Shown here: in pieces, positions 41,622 through 52,556 of the stretch
How the letters are laid out: every line of letters starts with the position of its first letter
Position numbering within the stretch: the first letter of the stretch is position 1
From: an uncultured Rhodobacterales bacterium
Lineage (GTDB): Bacteria; Pseudomonadota; Alphaproteobacteria; Rhodobacterales; Rhodobacteraceae
NCBI GenBank assembly: GCA_964448765.1
Contig: CAYUXM010000001.1
Span: forward strand, 1 to 63,651
Direction of reading: 5' to 3'
Length of the DNA: 63,651 bases
Notes under the pieces: generated by a model
What the model was told of the DNA's origin: nothing
Seen by the model: the letters and a program-made list of their open reading frames with translations, nothing else
Databases searched by the model: none
Made by a program: the position numbers and the translations under genes

Positions 41622-41894
41622 ATGGCATTTCACGCAAGCCTCGACATGCATTTCTGGCTGACCCGCGGGATGGCGCGGCGTCTCGGCATCAACCTGACCG
41701 AAGCGATGCACCAGGGCCTTCTGACGCGGGCGGATTTCGCGCAGATGGTCGCCCGCTGCCGGACCTGCACCGACAGCCAGCGCTGTCTCGATTTCCTTGC
41801 CGAGCATCCCGAAAGCGTCTCGGCCCCCCCGGAAGGCTGCACCAACGCCGAGGTGCTGAGCGAGCTTCGGAACCTGATCGACGAGACCCGCTGA
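41622..41894 (+). CDS. DUF6455-like small Cys-motif protein, paralog 2
   Basis: FWLTRGMARRLGINLTEA...VARCRTCTDSQRCLDFLAEH...EGCTN. GGAGG RBS precedes the ATG at 41622. Confidence 0.65.
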   Translation: MAFHASLDMHFWLTRGMARRLGINLTEAMHQGLLTRADFAQMVARCRTCTDSQRCLDFLAEHPESVSAPPEGCTNAEVLSELRNLIDETR

Positions 41895-41976
41895 GGCCGG
41901 CGAGCCACCGGACGCGCGGGCCGTCCGGCCCGTGCCCCCGGGCACGGGCCCGGGCAAGGCGAGGGCGGCAATCGCA

Positions 41977-42354
41977 ATGACGGACCTGCTGGTGCTGCGC
42001 GATGTCGCGCGCGATCGCGGGTCGCGCTACGCGGTGGCCGGCGCGCCGGCAGCGACGCGCGCCGAGGCCGAGGCGGCGGTGGCCGACCTGCGCCGCGACC
42101 GGAAGTTCGCCAGGGCCACGCACAACACCTGGGCCGTGCTGCTGGAGGCCGATGGCCGGCGCGAGCCCGTCAAGCAGGACGATGGCGAAAGCGGCGCGGG
42201 CATGGTGATCCTGCGGGTGCTAGACGGCGCGGGCGTGACGAACCACGTGGTCATCGTCACCCGCTGGTACGGCGGGGTTCACCTGGGCGGCGACCGGTTC
42301 CGCCATGTCGCGACGGCGGCGCAGGCCTATCTGGCGGCGCGCGGGCTGCGCTAG
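41977..42354 (+). CDS. YigZ/IMPACT N-terminal domain family protein (UPF0029)
   Basis: SRYAVAGAP...ATHNTWAV...[12 protein letters not shown]...[20 protein letters not shown]. Confidence 0.8.
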   Translation: MTDLLVLRDVARDRGSRYAVAGAPAATRAEAEAAVADLRRDRKFARATHNTWAVLLEADGRREPVKQDDGESGAGMVILRVLDGAGVTNHVVIVTRWYGGVHLGGDRFRHVATAAQAYLAARGLR

Positions 42355-43733
42355 ACGCACCGGCCCCACAGGTCGTACTCGCCCGCCTCGTCGACCTCGA
42401 CGGTCACGATGTCGCCCGGTGCCAGCCCCTCGAACCCGGCGTCGATGTAGAGGTTGCCGTCGATCTCGGGCGCGTCGGCCTTGGTGCGGCAGGTCGCGCC
42501 CTCGTCGTCCACCGTGTCGACGATCACCTCCAGCCGCCGGCCGACCTTCGCGGCCAGCTTGGCCTCGGAAATCGCCTGCGCCCTTTCCATGAACCGGTGC
42601 CAGCGCTCGTCCTTGACCTCTTCGGGAACGTGATCGGGCAGGGCGTTCGACCGCGCGCCGGCGACATTCTCGTAGCGAAAGCAGCCGACACGGTCGAGTT
42701 GCGCCGCGTCCAGCCAGTCCAGCAGGGTTTCGAATTCCGCTTCCGTCTCGCCGGGATAGCCGACGATGAAAGTGGACCGGAGCGCGATGTCGGGGCAGGC
42801 CGCGCGCCAGGCGGCGATCTCGTCCAGCGTCTTCGCCGCCGCGGCGGGCCGGGCCATCCGGCGCAGCGTGTCGGGATGGGCGTGCTGGAACGGGATGTCG
42901 AGATAGGGCAGCACCAGCCCCTCCGCCATCAGCGGCACGAGGTCGCGCACATGCGGATAGGGATAGACGTAGTGCAACCGCACCCAGGCCCCCAGCCGCC
43001 CCAGCTCGCGCGCAAGGTCGGTGATGTGGCTGCGGACCTCGCCGCCCTTCCAGGGGTGCCGGTCGTGCCTTCGGTCGACGCCGTAGGCCGAGGTGTCCTG
43101 GCTGATCACCAGAAGCTCCTTCACGCCGGCCTCGACCAGTTTCTCGGCCTCGCGCAGCACCGCGTGCGCCGGCCGGCTGACGAGTTTTCCGCGCATGTCG
43201 GGGATGATGCAGAACTTGCAGGCGTGGTTGCAGCCCTCGGAAATCTTGAGGTAGCTGTAGTGCCTTGGCGTCAGCTTCACCCCCGCCGGCGGCAGCAGGT
43301 CCACGAACGGGTCGGGCGCGGGCGGCACGGCGGCGTGCACCGCGTCCAGCACCGCCTCGTATTGCTGCGGGCCGGTGACCGCCAGAACCGAGGGATGCGC
43401 GCCGGTGATGTAGTCGGGCTCCGCGCCGAGGCAGCCGGTGACGATCACCCGGCCGTTCTCGGCCAGCGCCTCGCCGATCGCCGCGAGGCTTTCGGCCTTG
43501 GCGCTGTCGAGAAAGCCGCAGGTGTTCACGATCACCGCCTGTGCCCCGGCATAGTCGGGGCTGACGGCATAGCCCTCGGCCCGCAACCGGGTCAGGATGC
43601 GCTCGCTGTCGACCAGCGCCTTGGGGCAGCCGAGGCTGACCATGCCGATGGCGGGCTGGCCGGTCCGGCGCGCGGCGTCGAACACCGGCGCGGGCGCAAG
43701 ATCGGGGCGAAGCTCGGGCGGATTGGCGGACAT
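42351..43733 (-). CDS. rimO: Ribosomal protein S12 methylthiotransferase
   Basis: [14 protein letters not shown]...[15 protein letters not shown] radical-SAM motif...C-terminal TRAM domain. Starts MSANP at 43733. Confidence 0.92.
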   Translation of the reverse strand: MSANPPELRPDLAPAPVFDAARRTGQPAIGMVSLGCPKALVDSERILTRLRAEGYAVSPDYAGAQAVIVNTCGFLDSAKAESLAAIGEALAENGRVIVTGCLGAEPDYITGAHPSVLAVTGPQQYEAVLDAVHAAVPPAPDPFVDLLPPAGVKLTPRHYSYLKISEGCNHACKFCIIPDMRGKLVSRPAHAVLREAEKLVEAGVKELLVISQDTSAYGVDRRHDRHPWKGGEVRSHITDLARELGRLGAWVRLHYVYPYPHVRDLVPLMAEGLVLPYLDIPFQHAHPDTLRRMARPAAAAKTLDEIAAWRAACPDIALRSTFIVGYPGETEAEFETLLDWLDAAQLDRVGCFRYENVAGARSNALPDHVPEEVKDERWHRFMERAQAISEAKLAAKVGRRLEVIVDTVDDEGATCRTKADAPEIDGNLYIDAGFEGLAPGDIVTVEVDEAGEYDLWGRCV

Positions 43734-43829
43734 GGGGCCGGATATAGTCGTGCCGGGGGCCGGTGGAAAGGCCCCGCGCTTGCCCCGACTCGGGCGTCGT
43801 CCTAGGCTCTCGGTGGCGTCCGTTGGGAG

Positions 43830-45869
43830 GTGACCATGCGGTGGGTTCTGCGCATTCTCGGCGTTCTGGTCGGGTTGGTGGTGCTTGTCGGCCTCGCCGT
43901 CGCCCTGATCCCCACCGAACGGATCGCGGCGCTGGCGGCGGGAGAGTTCCGCAAGGCGACCGGCCGGGCGCTGACGATCGGCGGGTCGGTGCGCCCGACG
44001 GTCTGGCCCGAACTTGGCGTCCGGCTGGGCGAGGTGGCCGTCGCCGATGCGCCCTGGGCCGGGCCCGCACCGATGTTCGAGGCCGAGGCGCTGGCCGTCG
44101 GCGTCGATCTTGCCGCGCTGGTCTCCGGCGAGGTGCGGATCACCGGGGTGGAGGCCGTGGCCCCGGTGCTGCGGCTCACCCGGGCCGAGGACGGCCGCGG
44201 CAACTGGGAGGTTGCGCCGCCGGGAGGCGCCGGTGCCGCCGCGCCCGTGGCCGGTGCCGCCGCGCCCGTGGCCGATGCGCCGGCCGATGCGCCGGCCGCG
44301 GCCCGGCGCCCGTTCAGCCTTGATCGCGCGACGGTCGCCGGCGGCCGGGTGATCTACCGCGATGACGCCGCCGGGCAGGTCTTCGACCTGACCGATCTGG
44401 CGCTGGAGACCGCGATCCCGGCGCTGGACGGGCCGGTTTCCGCCACCGTTTCGGGCCGGCTGAACGGCGCGCCGCTGACCGCCCGGATCGATCTGGCGCG
44501 GCTGTCGGACGTGCTGGCGGGACGGGTGAGCGGGATCGGCGCCGATGTCGCGCTGGCCGGCGCCACGGCCCGGTTCGAGGGCCGTGCCGGCGGGACGCCG
44601 ACGTCCGTCGAGGGCCGGATCGCGCTGGCCGCCGAAGGGCTCGCGGCGCCCTTCGCCGCGCTGGGCCTGCCCGCGCCCGACCTGCCCCGCGGCGCCGGGC
44701 GCGACCGGTTGTCGCTCGACGCCGGGCTGACCCTGGACGCCGCGGGCACGCTCTATCTGCGCGACATGGTCCTCACGCTCGACGACAACCGGATCGCCGG
44801 CGCCGTCGACCTTGCCACCGGCGGCGACCGGCCCCGGCTGACGGCGGATCTGGCCGCCGGTGCGCTGAGCCTGCCGGCGGCGGCGGAATCCCCGGCCGCC
44901 GGGGGCGGCGGCGGCTCGGGCGGCGGGGCGGGGGGCGGCTGGTCGACCGCGCCGATCGACGTCTCGGCGCTGGGCCTGCTCGACGCCACCGTCGCGCTGA
45001 CCGCCGAGGGGATCGATGCCGATCCGGTCGCGCTCGGCCGCACCGCGCTCCTTGCCCGGCTCGACGACCGGCGGCTGGTGATCGAGATCGCGGACCTGCG
45101 GGCCTATGGCGGCCGGATCACCGGCGAGGCCTTCGTCAACGGCCGCGGCGGGCTCTCGGCCTCGGCCGATCTCGACGCGAGCGGCATCGCGCTGCAACCG
45201 CTTCTGTCGGCCTTCGCCGGCACCGACCGGCTGCTCGCCGCGGCCGACGGCCGGGTGCGGCTGCTGTCCTCCGGCGCCTCCGTGGACGCGCTGGTCCGCC
45301 GCCTGTCGGGCGAGGGCCGGATCGCGCTGGGCGAGGGCGAATTGCGCGGCCTCGACATCGCCGGGATGATCCGCAACCTCGATCCGGGCTATGTCGGCGA
45401 GGGGCAGAAGACGATCTTCGACAGCGTGACCGCGCGCGTCACGATCGCCGACGGCGTCCTGAGAAACGACGACCTCGCCTTCACCGCGCCGCTCCTGACC
45501 GCGGCGGGGCGCGGAACGGTCGACCTGGGCCGCCAAAGCCTGGACTACCGGCTGACGCCGCGCGCCCTGCCCGGCGCCGACGGCACCGGCGGGGTCATGG
45601 TGCCGGTGACGATCGCGGGCCCCTGGGCCGATCCGCGGATCGCGCTCGATCTCGAGTCGCTGGCCGAACAGCGGCTGAAGATCGAGGAGGAAAAGATCCG
45701 CGCCCGCGCCGAGGCGGAACTGCAAAGGCAGGCCGAAGACCTCGGCATCACGCCCGAAGCCGACGAATCGCTGCAGGACGCGGCGAAGCGCAAGCTGGAG
45801 GAACGCGCCGAGGAGGTGCTGAAACGCGAGGGCGACAAGCTGCTGCGCGGGCTGCTGGGCGGCAACTGA
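43830..45869 (+). CDS. AsmA family outer-membrane biogenesis protein
   Basis: N-terminal anchor [22 protein letters not shown] followed by long AsmA-like repeats. C-terminal basic/acidic coiled region. Confidence 0.8.
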   Translation: MTMRWVLRILGVLVGLVVLVGLAVALIPTERIAALAAGEFRKATGRALTIGGSVRPTVWPELGVRLGEVAVADAPWAGPAPMFEAEALAVGVDLAALVSGEVRITGVEAVAPVLRLTRAEDGRGNWEVAPPGGAGAAAPVAGAAAPVADAPADAPAAARRPFSLDRATVAGGRVIYRDDAAGQVFDLTDLALETAIPALDGPVSATVSGRLNGAPLTARIDLARLSDVLAGRVSGIGADVALAGATARFEGRAGGTPTSVEGRIALAAEGLAAPFAALGLPAPDLPRGAGRDRLSLDAGLTLDAAGTLYLRDMVLTLDDNRIAGAVDLATGGDRPRLTADLAAGALSLPAAAESPAAGGGGGSGGGAGGGWSTAPIDVSALGLLDATVALTAEGIDADPVALGRTALLARLDDRRLVIEIADLRAYGGRITGEAFVNGRGGLSASADLDASGIALQPLLSAFAGTDRLLAAADGRVRLLSSGASVDALVRRLSGEGRIALGEGELRGLDIAGMIRNLDPGYVGEGQKTIFDSVTARVTIADGVLRNDDLAFTAPLLTAAGRGTVDLGRQSLDYRLTPRALPGADGTGGVMVPVTIAGPWADPRIALDLESLAEQRLKIEEEKIRARAEAELQRQAEDLGITPEADESLQDAAKRKLEERAEEVLKREGDKLLRGLLGGN

Positions 45870-45890
45870 ACCCGCCCGGCCGGCCCTCAA

Positions 45891-46505
45891 TCAGCGGCGC
45901 CGGTCGCGGCGCGACGACATCGGCTGGAACGCCACGCCGACATGCGCGTCGCAATAGGGCTTGCCCTGTTGCGTCGGCAGGCCGCAGAACCAGAAATCCG
46001 GCGTCGCCGGATCGCCGATCGGCCATTTGCACGTCCGCTCGGTCAGTTCCATCAGCGACAGCTTGCGCGCCTTCTTCTCGGCCTCCCGCACCGTCGCCAT
46101 CGCCTCGGCGCTGATCTCGCCGGCCGACGGCTGCGGCGGCAGCGGCTGCCCGGCCGTCGGCACCGGCTTGCGCACCGCCGGGGTGGCGGCCGGCGCGGCG
46201 GCCGCCACGGCCCGCGGTTCCGGCGCGGGTTCGGGCGGCGGCGGCGGCGGGGCCGGCGCGTCGCTGCTGCCCGCGGCCTCCGGTTCGGCCGCCGCAACCG
46301 TCTTCGGCGCCTTCGCCGGCTCCGCCTTGGCGGCGGCCGGGGCCGGGGCCGGGCCGCCGGCCCGGTTCGACAGCCCGAGCCGGTGAACCTTGCCGATCAC
46401 GGCATTGCGGGTCACGCCGCCAAGCTCCTTGGCGATCTGGCTGGCCGACTGTCCCTCGGCCCACATCTTCTTCAGCGTCTCGACGCGTTCGTCGGTCCAG
46501 GACAT
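45891..46505 (-). CDS. gcrA: Cell-cycle transcriptional regulator GcrA
   Basis: MSWTDERVETLKKMWAEGQSASQIAKELGGVTRNAVIGKVHRLGL...TCKWPIGDP...FCG....PYCDAH. Confidence 0.93.
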   Translation of the reverse strand: MSWTDERVETLKKMWAEGQSASQIAKELGGVTRNAVIGKVHRLGLSNRAGGPAPAPAAAKAEPAKAPKTVAAAEPEAAGSSDAPAPPPPPPEPAPEPRAVAAAAPAATPAVRKPVPTAGQPLPPQPSAGEISAEAMATVREAEKKARKLSLMELTERTCKWPIGDPATPDFWFCGLPTQQGKPYCDAHVGVAFQPMSSRRDRRR

Positions 46506-46897
46506 CCTCGGCCCCTCAGGCTGGTGGGGCAGGGCCGGGGCCCCGCCGGTCGCGGAAAACCATTCGCCCCCATAGTAATGGCGACGGGTCGAGATACAAG
46601 GCGGCGGCCCCGGATGCAAGGCGCGCGGCGGTCGGCGTTCCGCCGCCCCGCCTCGCCGCGAAAACGCGGTGGACAGGGGCCGCCGGGTTGCGCTAAGGCC
46701 CCCGCATGATCGACCGGTCCCGCCTCCGCCCGTGCCCGCGACGTCGCCGCCGCCGCGGCTGACGCCCGATCGCCCGTGGCCGCGACCCGGCCGCACATCC
46801 CGCCCGACCATGACCCGACCATCGCCGCCGAAGCCGTCCGCGTTGACACGGTCCCGCCGCTTTGGCACCCATTGGCCTTCCGCTCCGGAGACATCGC

Positions 46898-48079
46898 ATG
46901 ATCCCCGCCGTCCTTCCGACCTATTCCCGCGCGCCGCTCGCCTTCGACCGCGGCGAGGGCAGCTGGCTGATCGACACCGAGGGCCGCCGCTTTCTCGACA
47001 TGACCGCCGGTATCGCGGTCAACGCGCTCGGCCATGCCCATCCCGCGCTGGTCGCCGCGCTGGCCGGGCAGGCCGGGAAGCTGTGGCATGTCTCGAACCT
47101 CTACCGGATCCCCGAACAGGAACGGCTGGCCGAGGCGCTGGTGGATGCCACCTTCGCCGACACCGTGTTCTTCACCAGTTCCGGCACCGAGGCCGCCGAA
47201 CTCGCGATCAAGATGGTCCGCAAACACTGGGCCGACCGGGGCGACCCCGAGCGGGTGGAGATCGTGGCCTTCGAAGGCGCGTTCCACGGCCGCTCCACCG
47301 GCGCCATCGCCGCGGCCGGGGGCGAGAAGCTGACCGGCGGCTTCGGGCCCCTGATGCCGGGCTTTCGGCACCTGCCCTGGGGCGATCACGAGGCGCTGCG
47401 CGCCGCCGTCGGCCCGACGACCGCCGCGGTCCTCGTCGAGCCGATCCAGGGCGAGGGCGGCATCCGGCCGCTGCCCGATGCCTGCCTCAGGGGCCTGCGC
47501 GACCTCTGCGACGCGACCGGCGCGCTTCTGGTGCTGGACGAGGTGCAATGCGGCATGGGCCGCACCGGCCGGCTCTTCGCGCATGAATGGGCCGGGATCG
47601 CACCCGATGTCATGATGGTCGCCAAGGGGATCGGCGGCGGCTTCCCGCTGGGCGCGGTGCTGGCGACCGAGGCCGCCGCCGCGGGGATGACGGCGGGCAC
47701 CCACGGCTCCACCTACGGCGGCAACCCGCTGGGCTGCGCGGTCGGGCTAAAGGTGATGGAGATCGTCTCCGACCCGGCGTTCCTGGGCGCGGTGGCGCGC
47801 AAGGGCGCGCTCCTGCGCCAGCGCCTCGAAGGGCTGGTGGCCGGCCACCCCGACGTGTTCGAGTCGGTGCGCGGCCAGGGCCTGATGCTGGGCCTGAAAT
47901 GCCGCGCCGCGGCCGCCGATGTCGTCGCGTCCGCGCGCGACGAGGCGGTGCTGACGGTGCCGGCGGCCGACAATGTCGTCCGGCTGCTGCCGCCCCTGAC
48001 GATCACCGAGGCCGAGATCGCCGAGGCCGTCGACCGGCTCGACCGCGCCGCGGCCCGGCTAGCGGCGCCGGCCACCTGA
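46898..48079 (+). CDS. argD: Acetylornithine aminotransferase
   Basis: FFTSSGTEA...LVLDEVQCGMGRTG...STYGGNPL. Confidence 0.9.
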   Translation: MIPAVLPTYSRAPLAFDRGEGSWLIDTEGRRFLDMTAGIAVNALGHAHPALVAALAGQAGKLWHVSNLYRIPEQERLAEALVDATFADTVFFTSSGTEAAELAIKMVRKHWADRGDPERVEIVAFEGAFHGRSTGAIAAAGGEKLTGGFGPLMPGFRHLPWGDHEALRAAVGPTTAAVLVEPIQGEGGIRPLPDACLRGLRDLCDATGALLVLDEVQCGMGRTGRLFAHEWAGIAPDVMMVAKGIGGGFPLGAVLATEAAAAGMTAGTHGSTYGGNPLGCAVGLKVMEIVSDPAFLGAVARKGALLRQRLEGLVAGHPDVFESVRGQGLMLGLKCRAAAADVVASARDEAVLTVPAADNVVRLLPPLTITEAEIAEAVDRLDRAAARLAAPAT

Positions 48080-48090
48080 CCCGGTGCGGA

Positions 48091-48159
48091 GTTTTGGTCG
48101 GGAAATATCCTCGGGGGGTGAAGCGGCCGGCAGGCCGCGAGGGGGGCAGACGGCCCCCC
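48091..48159 (-). repeat. REP/MITE-like intergenic element, copy C (inverted, long form)
   Basis: The reverse complement reads GGGGGGCCGTCTGCCCCCC..GCGGCCTGCCGGCCGC..CCCCCCGAGGATATTTCCCGACCAAAAC. Starts 12 nt after the argD stop. Confidence 0.75.
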
Positions 48160-48184
48160 TTGCCCCCGCAACCACAGGCATGAC

Positions 48185-49114
48185 ATGACCCGGCACTTCC
48201 TCGACATCCACAAGACCGATGCCGCCGAGCTGCGCGCGATGATCGACGCGGCGCGCGCGATGAAGACCGCCCGCGACGGCAAGCCGCGCGGCACGCCCGA
48301 CGACGACCAGCCGCTCGCCGGCCGCATGGTCGCCCTGATCTTCGAGAAACCCTCGACCCGGACGCGGATCTCCTTCGACGTCGGCGTACGGCAGATGGGC
48401 GGGCAGACGATGGTCCTGTCGGGCGCCGACATGCAACTGGGCCATGGCGAGACGATCGCCGACACCGCGCGGGTGCTCAGCCGCTATGTCGATCTGATCA
48501 TGATCCGCACCTTCGAGGAGGCGACGCTTCTGGAGATGGCCGAACATGCCGACGTGCCGGTGATCAACGGGCTGACCAACCGCACCCATCCCTGCCAGAT
48601 CATGGCCGACGTTATGACCTACGAGGAGCATCGCGGCCCGATCGCGGGGCGCAAGGTCGTGTGGTCGGGCGACGGCAACAACGTCTTCGCCTCCTTCGCC
48701 CATGCCGCCGGGCAGTTCGGCTTCGACCTGACCTTCACCGGGCCCGAAACGCTCGATCCCGAACCCGCCTGGCTCGACTGGTGCGCCGCGAAGGGCCATC
48801 CGATCACGATCGAGCGCGACCCTGAGGCGGCGGTGGCCGGCGCCGATCTGGTGGTGACGGACACCTGGGTCAGCATGCACGATCCGCAATCGGCGCGCGA
48901 GCGGCGGCACAACCAGCTGCGCGCCTATCAGGTCAACGAGGCGCTGATGGCGCGGGCCAAGCCCGATGCGCTGTTCATGCACTGCCTGCCCGCGCATCGC
49001 GACGACGAGGCGACGAGCGCGGTGATGGACGGGCCGCATTCGGTGATCTTCGACGAGGCGGAGAACCGGCTGCACGCGCAAAAGGCGATCCTGCGCTGGT
49101 GCCTGGGGCTGTGA
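48185..49114 (+). CDS. argF: Ornithine carbamoyltransferase
   Basis: FEKPSTRTR...HPCQ...DTWVSMH...HCLPAHR. Confidence 0.95.
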   Translation: MTRHFLDIHKTDAAELRAMIDAARAMKTARDGKPRGTPDDDQPLAGRMVALIFEKPSTRTRISFDVGVRQMGGQTMVLSGADMQLGHGETIADTARVLSRYVDLIMIRTFEEATLLEMAEHADVPVINGLTNRTHPCQIMADVMTYEEHRGPIAGRKVVWSGDGNNVFASFAHAAGQFGFDLTFTGPETLDPEPAWLDWCAAKGHPITIERDPEAAVAGADLVVTDTWVSMHDPQSARERRHNQLRAYQVNEALMARAKPDALFMHCLPAHRDDEATSAVMDGPHSVIFDEAENRLHAQKAILRWCLGL

Positions 49115-49199
49115 GCCTGCCCGGCGCGGCAGGCCGGTGGCGGCGTCGGCGGGCTCCGGCGCGGTTGCCGGCGAACCGGCAAACGGGGCGGCGCGCGCG

Positions 49200-49811
49200 A
49201 TGATCTTCACGGTGGCGATCGACGGGCCGGCGGCGGCGGGCAAGGGCACGATCTCGCGCGCGGTGGCGGCGCGGTTCGGCTTCGCGCATCTCGACACCGG
49301 GCTTCTCTATCGCGCGGTGGGCGCGAAGGGCGGCGATCCGGTGGCCGCGGCGCGCGGTCTGGTGCCGGCGGATCTCGACCGCGGCGACCTGCGCACGCTG
49401 GAGGCCGGGCAGGCGGCAAGCCGGGTCGCCGCGATCCCCGAGGTGCGCGCGGCGCTGGTCGATTTCCAGCGCCGGTTCGCGCGGGCCGAGGGCGGCGCGG
49501 TGCTGGACGGGCGCGACATCGGCACGGTGATCTGCCCCGGGGCGGAGGTGAAGCTTTACGTCACCGCCTCGCCAGAGGTGCGGGCGCGCCGGCGCTGGCT
49601 GGAACTGGGCGGCGACACCGCGCCGAAGAGCTATGACGCGGTGCTGGCCGAGGTGCGCGAACGCGACGCCCGCGATACCGGCCGGGCGGATGCGCCCCTT
49701 CGGCCGGCCGAAGATGCGCTCTTGCTCGACACGACCGATCTGACTATAGAGACGGCCGTCCAGAAGGCGATCGAGGCCGTCGAGCAGGGGATCGGGCAGG
49801 GTCGGGCGTAA
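49200..49811 (+). CDS. cmk: Cytidylate kinase
   Basis: [36 protein letters not shown]. Confidence 0.9.
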   Translation: MIFTVAIDGPAAAGKGTISRAVAARFGFAHLDTGLLYRAVGAKGGDPVAAARGLVPADLDRGDLRTLEAGQAASRVAAIPEVRAALVDFQRRFARAEGGAVLDGRDIGTVICPGAEVKLYVTASPEVRARRRWLELGGDTAPKSYDAVLAEVRERDARDTGRADAPLRPAEDALLLDTTDLTIETAVQKAIEAVEQGIGQGRA

Positions 49812-49929
49812 GCCGCGGCCCTTTGCGTTTATCGCCCGGTCGCGGCGCCTGCGCCTCGGGACGTGATCAAAGACCGGCGGAGCCAACCGCCAGGCCGGAA
49901 AATCGAACTGCAAAGGAACCGAACGCCAC

Positions 49930-51615
49930 ATGGCTCAGAATACATCGATGGAGGAATTCGAAGCCCTCCTCAAGGAAAGCTTCGAGATCGACACGCCCGC
50001 CGAGGGCTCTGTCGTCAAGGGCAAGGTCATCGCCGTCGAGGCGGGCCAGGCCATCATCGACGTCGGCTACAAGATGGAAGGCCGCGTCGAACTCAAGGAA
50101 TTCGCCAATCCCGGCGAGGCGCCGCAGATCGAGGTCGGCGACACCGTGGAGGTCTATCTCGACCGGGTCGAGAACGCCCGCGGCGAGGCCGTGATCAGCC
50201 GCGAGAAGGCCCGCCGCGAAGAGGCATGGGACCGGCTGGAAAAGGCCTACGAGAAGGAAGAGCGGGTCGAGGGCGCGATCTTCGGCCGCGTCAAGGGCGG
50301 CTTCACCGTCGATCTCGGCGGCGCCGTGGCCTTCCTGCCCGGTAGCCAGGTCGATGTGCGGCCGGTGCGCGACGCCGGGCCGCTGATGGGCCTCAAGCAG
50401 CCGTTCCAGATCCTCAAGATGGACCGCCGCCGCGGCAACATCGTCGTGTCGCGCCGCGCGATCCTGGAAGAAAGCCGCGCCGAACAGCGCGCCGAGGTGA
50501 TCGGCCGCCTGTCCGAGGGCGACACGGTCGACGGCGTCGTGAAGAACATCACCGAATACGGCGCGTTCGTCGATCTCGGCGGTGTCGACGGCCTGCTGCA
50601 CGTCACCGACATGGCGTGGCGCCGGGTCAACCACCCGTCGGAAATCCTGTCGATCGGCGAGACCGTCAAGGTCCAGGTCATCAAGATCAACAAGGAAACC
50701 CACCGCATCAGCCTCGGCATGAAGCAGCTGCAGTCCGATCCCTGGGACACGGTGGAAGAGAAGTTCCCGATCGGGTCGGTGCATAGCGGCCGGGTCACCA
50801 ACATCACCGATTACGGCGCCTTCGTGGAGCTGGAAGCCGGGGTCGAGGGCCTTGTCCACGTCTCGGAGATGTCCTGGACCAAGAAGAACGTCCATCCCGG
50901 CAAGATCGTCTCGACCAGCCAGGAAGTCGACGTCATGGTGCTGGAGATCGACACCGCGAAGCGCCGCGTGTCGCTGGGTCTCAAGCAGTGCATGCGCAAC
51001 CCCTGGGAGGTTTTCGCCGAAAACCATCCGGTCGGCAGCGAGATCGAGGGCGAGGTCAAGAACATCACCGAGTTCGGCCTGTTCATCGGGCTGGAGAACG
51101 ACATCGACGGGATGGTGCACCTCTCCGATCTCAGCTGGGACCAGCGCGGCGAGGAGGCGATCCAGAACTACCGCAAGGGCGACGTGGTGAAGGCCGCCGT
51201 CATCGAGGTCGATGTCGACAAGGAGCGGATCTCGCTCTCGGTCAAGGCACTCGAGGACGATACCTTCTCCGGCGCCGTCGACGGCGTGAAGCGCGGCTCG
51301 ATCATCACCGTCACGGTGACCAAGATCGAGGACGGCGGGATCGAGGTGGAATACAACGGCATGAAGTCGTTCATCCGCCGCTCCGACCTCAGCCGCGACC
51401 GGGCCGAGCAGCGCCCCGAACGGTTCCAGGCGGGCGACCATGTCGACGTGCGGGTCACCAATGTCGACCCCAAGACGCGGCGGCTGGGCCTGTCGATCAA
51501 GGCGCGCGAGATCGCCGAGGAAAAGGAGGCGGTGGAACAGTACGGCTCCTCCGATTCCGGCGCCTCGCTGGGCGACATCCTGGGCGCCGCGCTCAAGGGC
51601 TCCGGCGACAGCTGA
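49930..51615 (+). CDS. rpsA: 30S ribosomal protein S1
   Basis: 561 aa with six S1 repeats (e.g. ITEYGAFVDLGGVDGLLHV, ITDYGAFVELEAGVEGLVHVSE). Confidence 0.97.
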   Translation: MAQNTSMEEFEALLKESFEIDTPAEGSVVKGKVIAVEAGQAIIDVGYKMEGRVELKEFANPGEAPQIEVGDTVEVYLDRVENARGEAVISREKARREEAWDRLEKAYEKEERVEGAIFGRVKGGFTVDLGGAVAFLPGSQVDVRPVRDAGPLMGLKQPFQILKMDRRRGNIVVSRRAILEESRAEQRAEVIGRLSEGDTVDGVVKNITEYGAFVDLGGVDGLLHVTDMAWRRVNHPSEILSIGETVKVQVIKINKETHRISLGMKQLQSDPWDTVEEKFPIGSVHSGRVTNITDYGAFVELEAGVEGLVHVSEMSWTKKNVHPGKIVSTSQEVDVMVLEIDTAKRRVSLGLKQCMRNPWEVFAENHPVGSEIEGEVKNITEFGLFIGLENDIDGMVHLSDLSWDQRGEEAIQNYRKGDVVKAAVIEVDVDKERISLSVKALEDDTFSGAVDGVKRGSIITVTVTKIEDGGIEVEYNGMKSFIRRSDLSRDRAEQRPERFQAGDHVDVRVTNVDPKTRRLGLSIKAREIAEEKEAVEQYGSSDSGASLGDILGAALKGSGDS

Positions 51616-51642
51616 TCGCCGGCAGACCGCCGCAAGACACGA

Positions 51643-51671
51643 GGGCCCCGCCGAACCGGCGGGGCCCTTTC
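51643..51671 (+). terminator. Rho-independent terminator of rpsA
   Basis: GGGCCCCGCCG-AAC-CGGCGGGGCCC followed by TTTCG, 28 nt after the stop. Confidence 0.75.
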
Positions 51672-51897
51672 GCGTGCCGATGGGGTGATTCGCGGCGCGG
51701 GCGCGCCACGCGGCGGGCGACGCGATTCTGCGATGCGGCAACGCTTCACGATGGTCCGAACCGTTGCCTTCACGTCGCGCGGGCGGGAATCAGACGCCTT
51801 TCCAAGGGCTTTCCTGTTTCCTGCCCTTCGGGTTTCGCCCTATAGTCCGTTCCGAAAAACAGTCGGCCGGTCCATGGCCGCACCCAGGGGGGCATTG

Positions 51898-52179
51898 ATG
51901 ATTCGGTCCGAGTTGATCCAGAAGATCGCCGAGGAAAACCCGCACCTTTTCCAGCGCGATGTCGAACGTATCGTCAACACGATCTTCGAGGAGATCATCG
52001 AGGCGATGGCCCGCGGCGACCGGGTGGAACTGCGCGGCTTCGGCGCCTTCTCGGTCAAGAAGCGCGACGCCAGAACCGGCCGGAACCCGCGCACCGGCGA
52101 AAGTGTCGCGGTCGATGAAAAGCACGTGCCGTTCTTCAAGGCCGGCAAGCTCTTGCGCGACCGGCTGAACGGCAGTTAA
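51898..52179 (+). CDS. ihfB: Integration host factor subunit beta
   Basis: [17 protein letters not shown]...[37 protein letters not shown]. Confidence 0.95.
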   Translation: MIRSELIQKIAEENPHLFQRDVERIVNTIFEEIIEAMARGDRVELRGFGAFSVKKRDARTGRNPRTGESVAVDEKHVPFFKAGKLLRDRLNGS

Positions 52180-52187
52180 ACCGGGGC

Positions 52188-52556
52188 ATGATCCGAACCC
52201 TGCGCCTCCTGTTCCTTTTCGCCATCGGCATCGTGCTGCTGACGGTCGCGCTGGCCAACCGCGCGCCGGTGGAGTTGCGGTTGCTGCCCGAGGAGACCGG
52301 CGTGTTCTTCGGCATCGACTGGACGGTGGACCTGCCGCTGTTTCTGGTGATCTTCGGCGGGGTCGTCGCGGGGCTGCTGATCGGCTTCGTGTGGGAGTGG
52401 CTGCGCGAGGCCAAGCACCGGGCCGAGGCCAGCCGCCGGCGCGGCGAGGTCGCGCGGCTGGAGCGCGAGGTCAGCGCGCTCAAGGGCAAGGCCGGCGCGC
52501 CGCCCGAGGACGAGGTTCTGGCGCTGGTCGACGGCGGGGCCCGGAAGCGCGCGTGA
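52188..52556 (+). CDS. LapA/DUF1049 family inner-membrane protein
   Basis: Two TM helices followed by a charged coiled tail. Conserved position after ihfB. Confidence 0.75.
   Translation: MIRTLRLLFLFAIGIVLLTVALANRAPVELRLLPEETGVFFGIDWTVDLPLFLVIFGGVVAGLLIGFVWEWLREAKHRAEASRRRGEVARLEREVSALKGKAGAPPEDEVLALVDGGARKRA

Noticed and set aside
46863-46877. Sigma-54-like TGGCACCCATTGGCC upstream of argD
   Set aside because: The GG to GC spacing is 9 nt, one short, so it is most likely chance.
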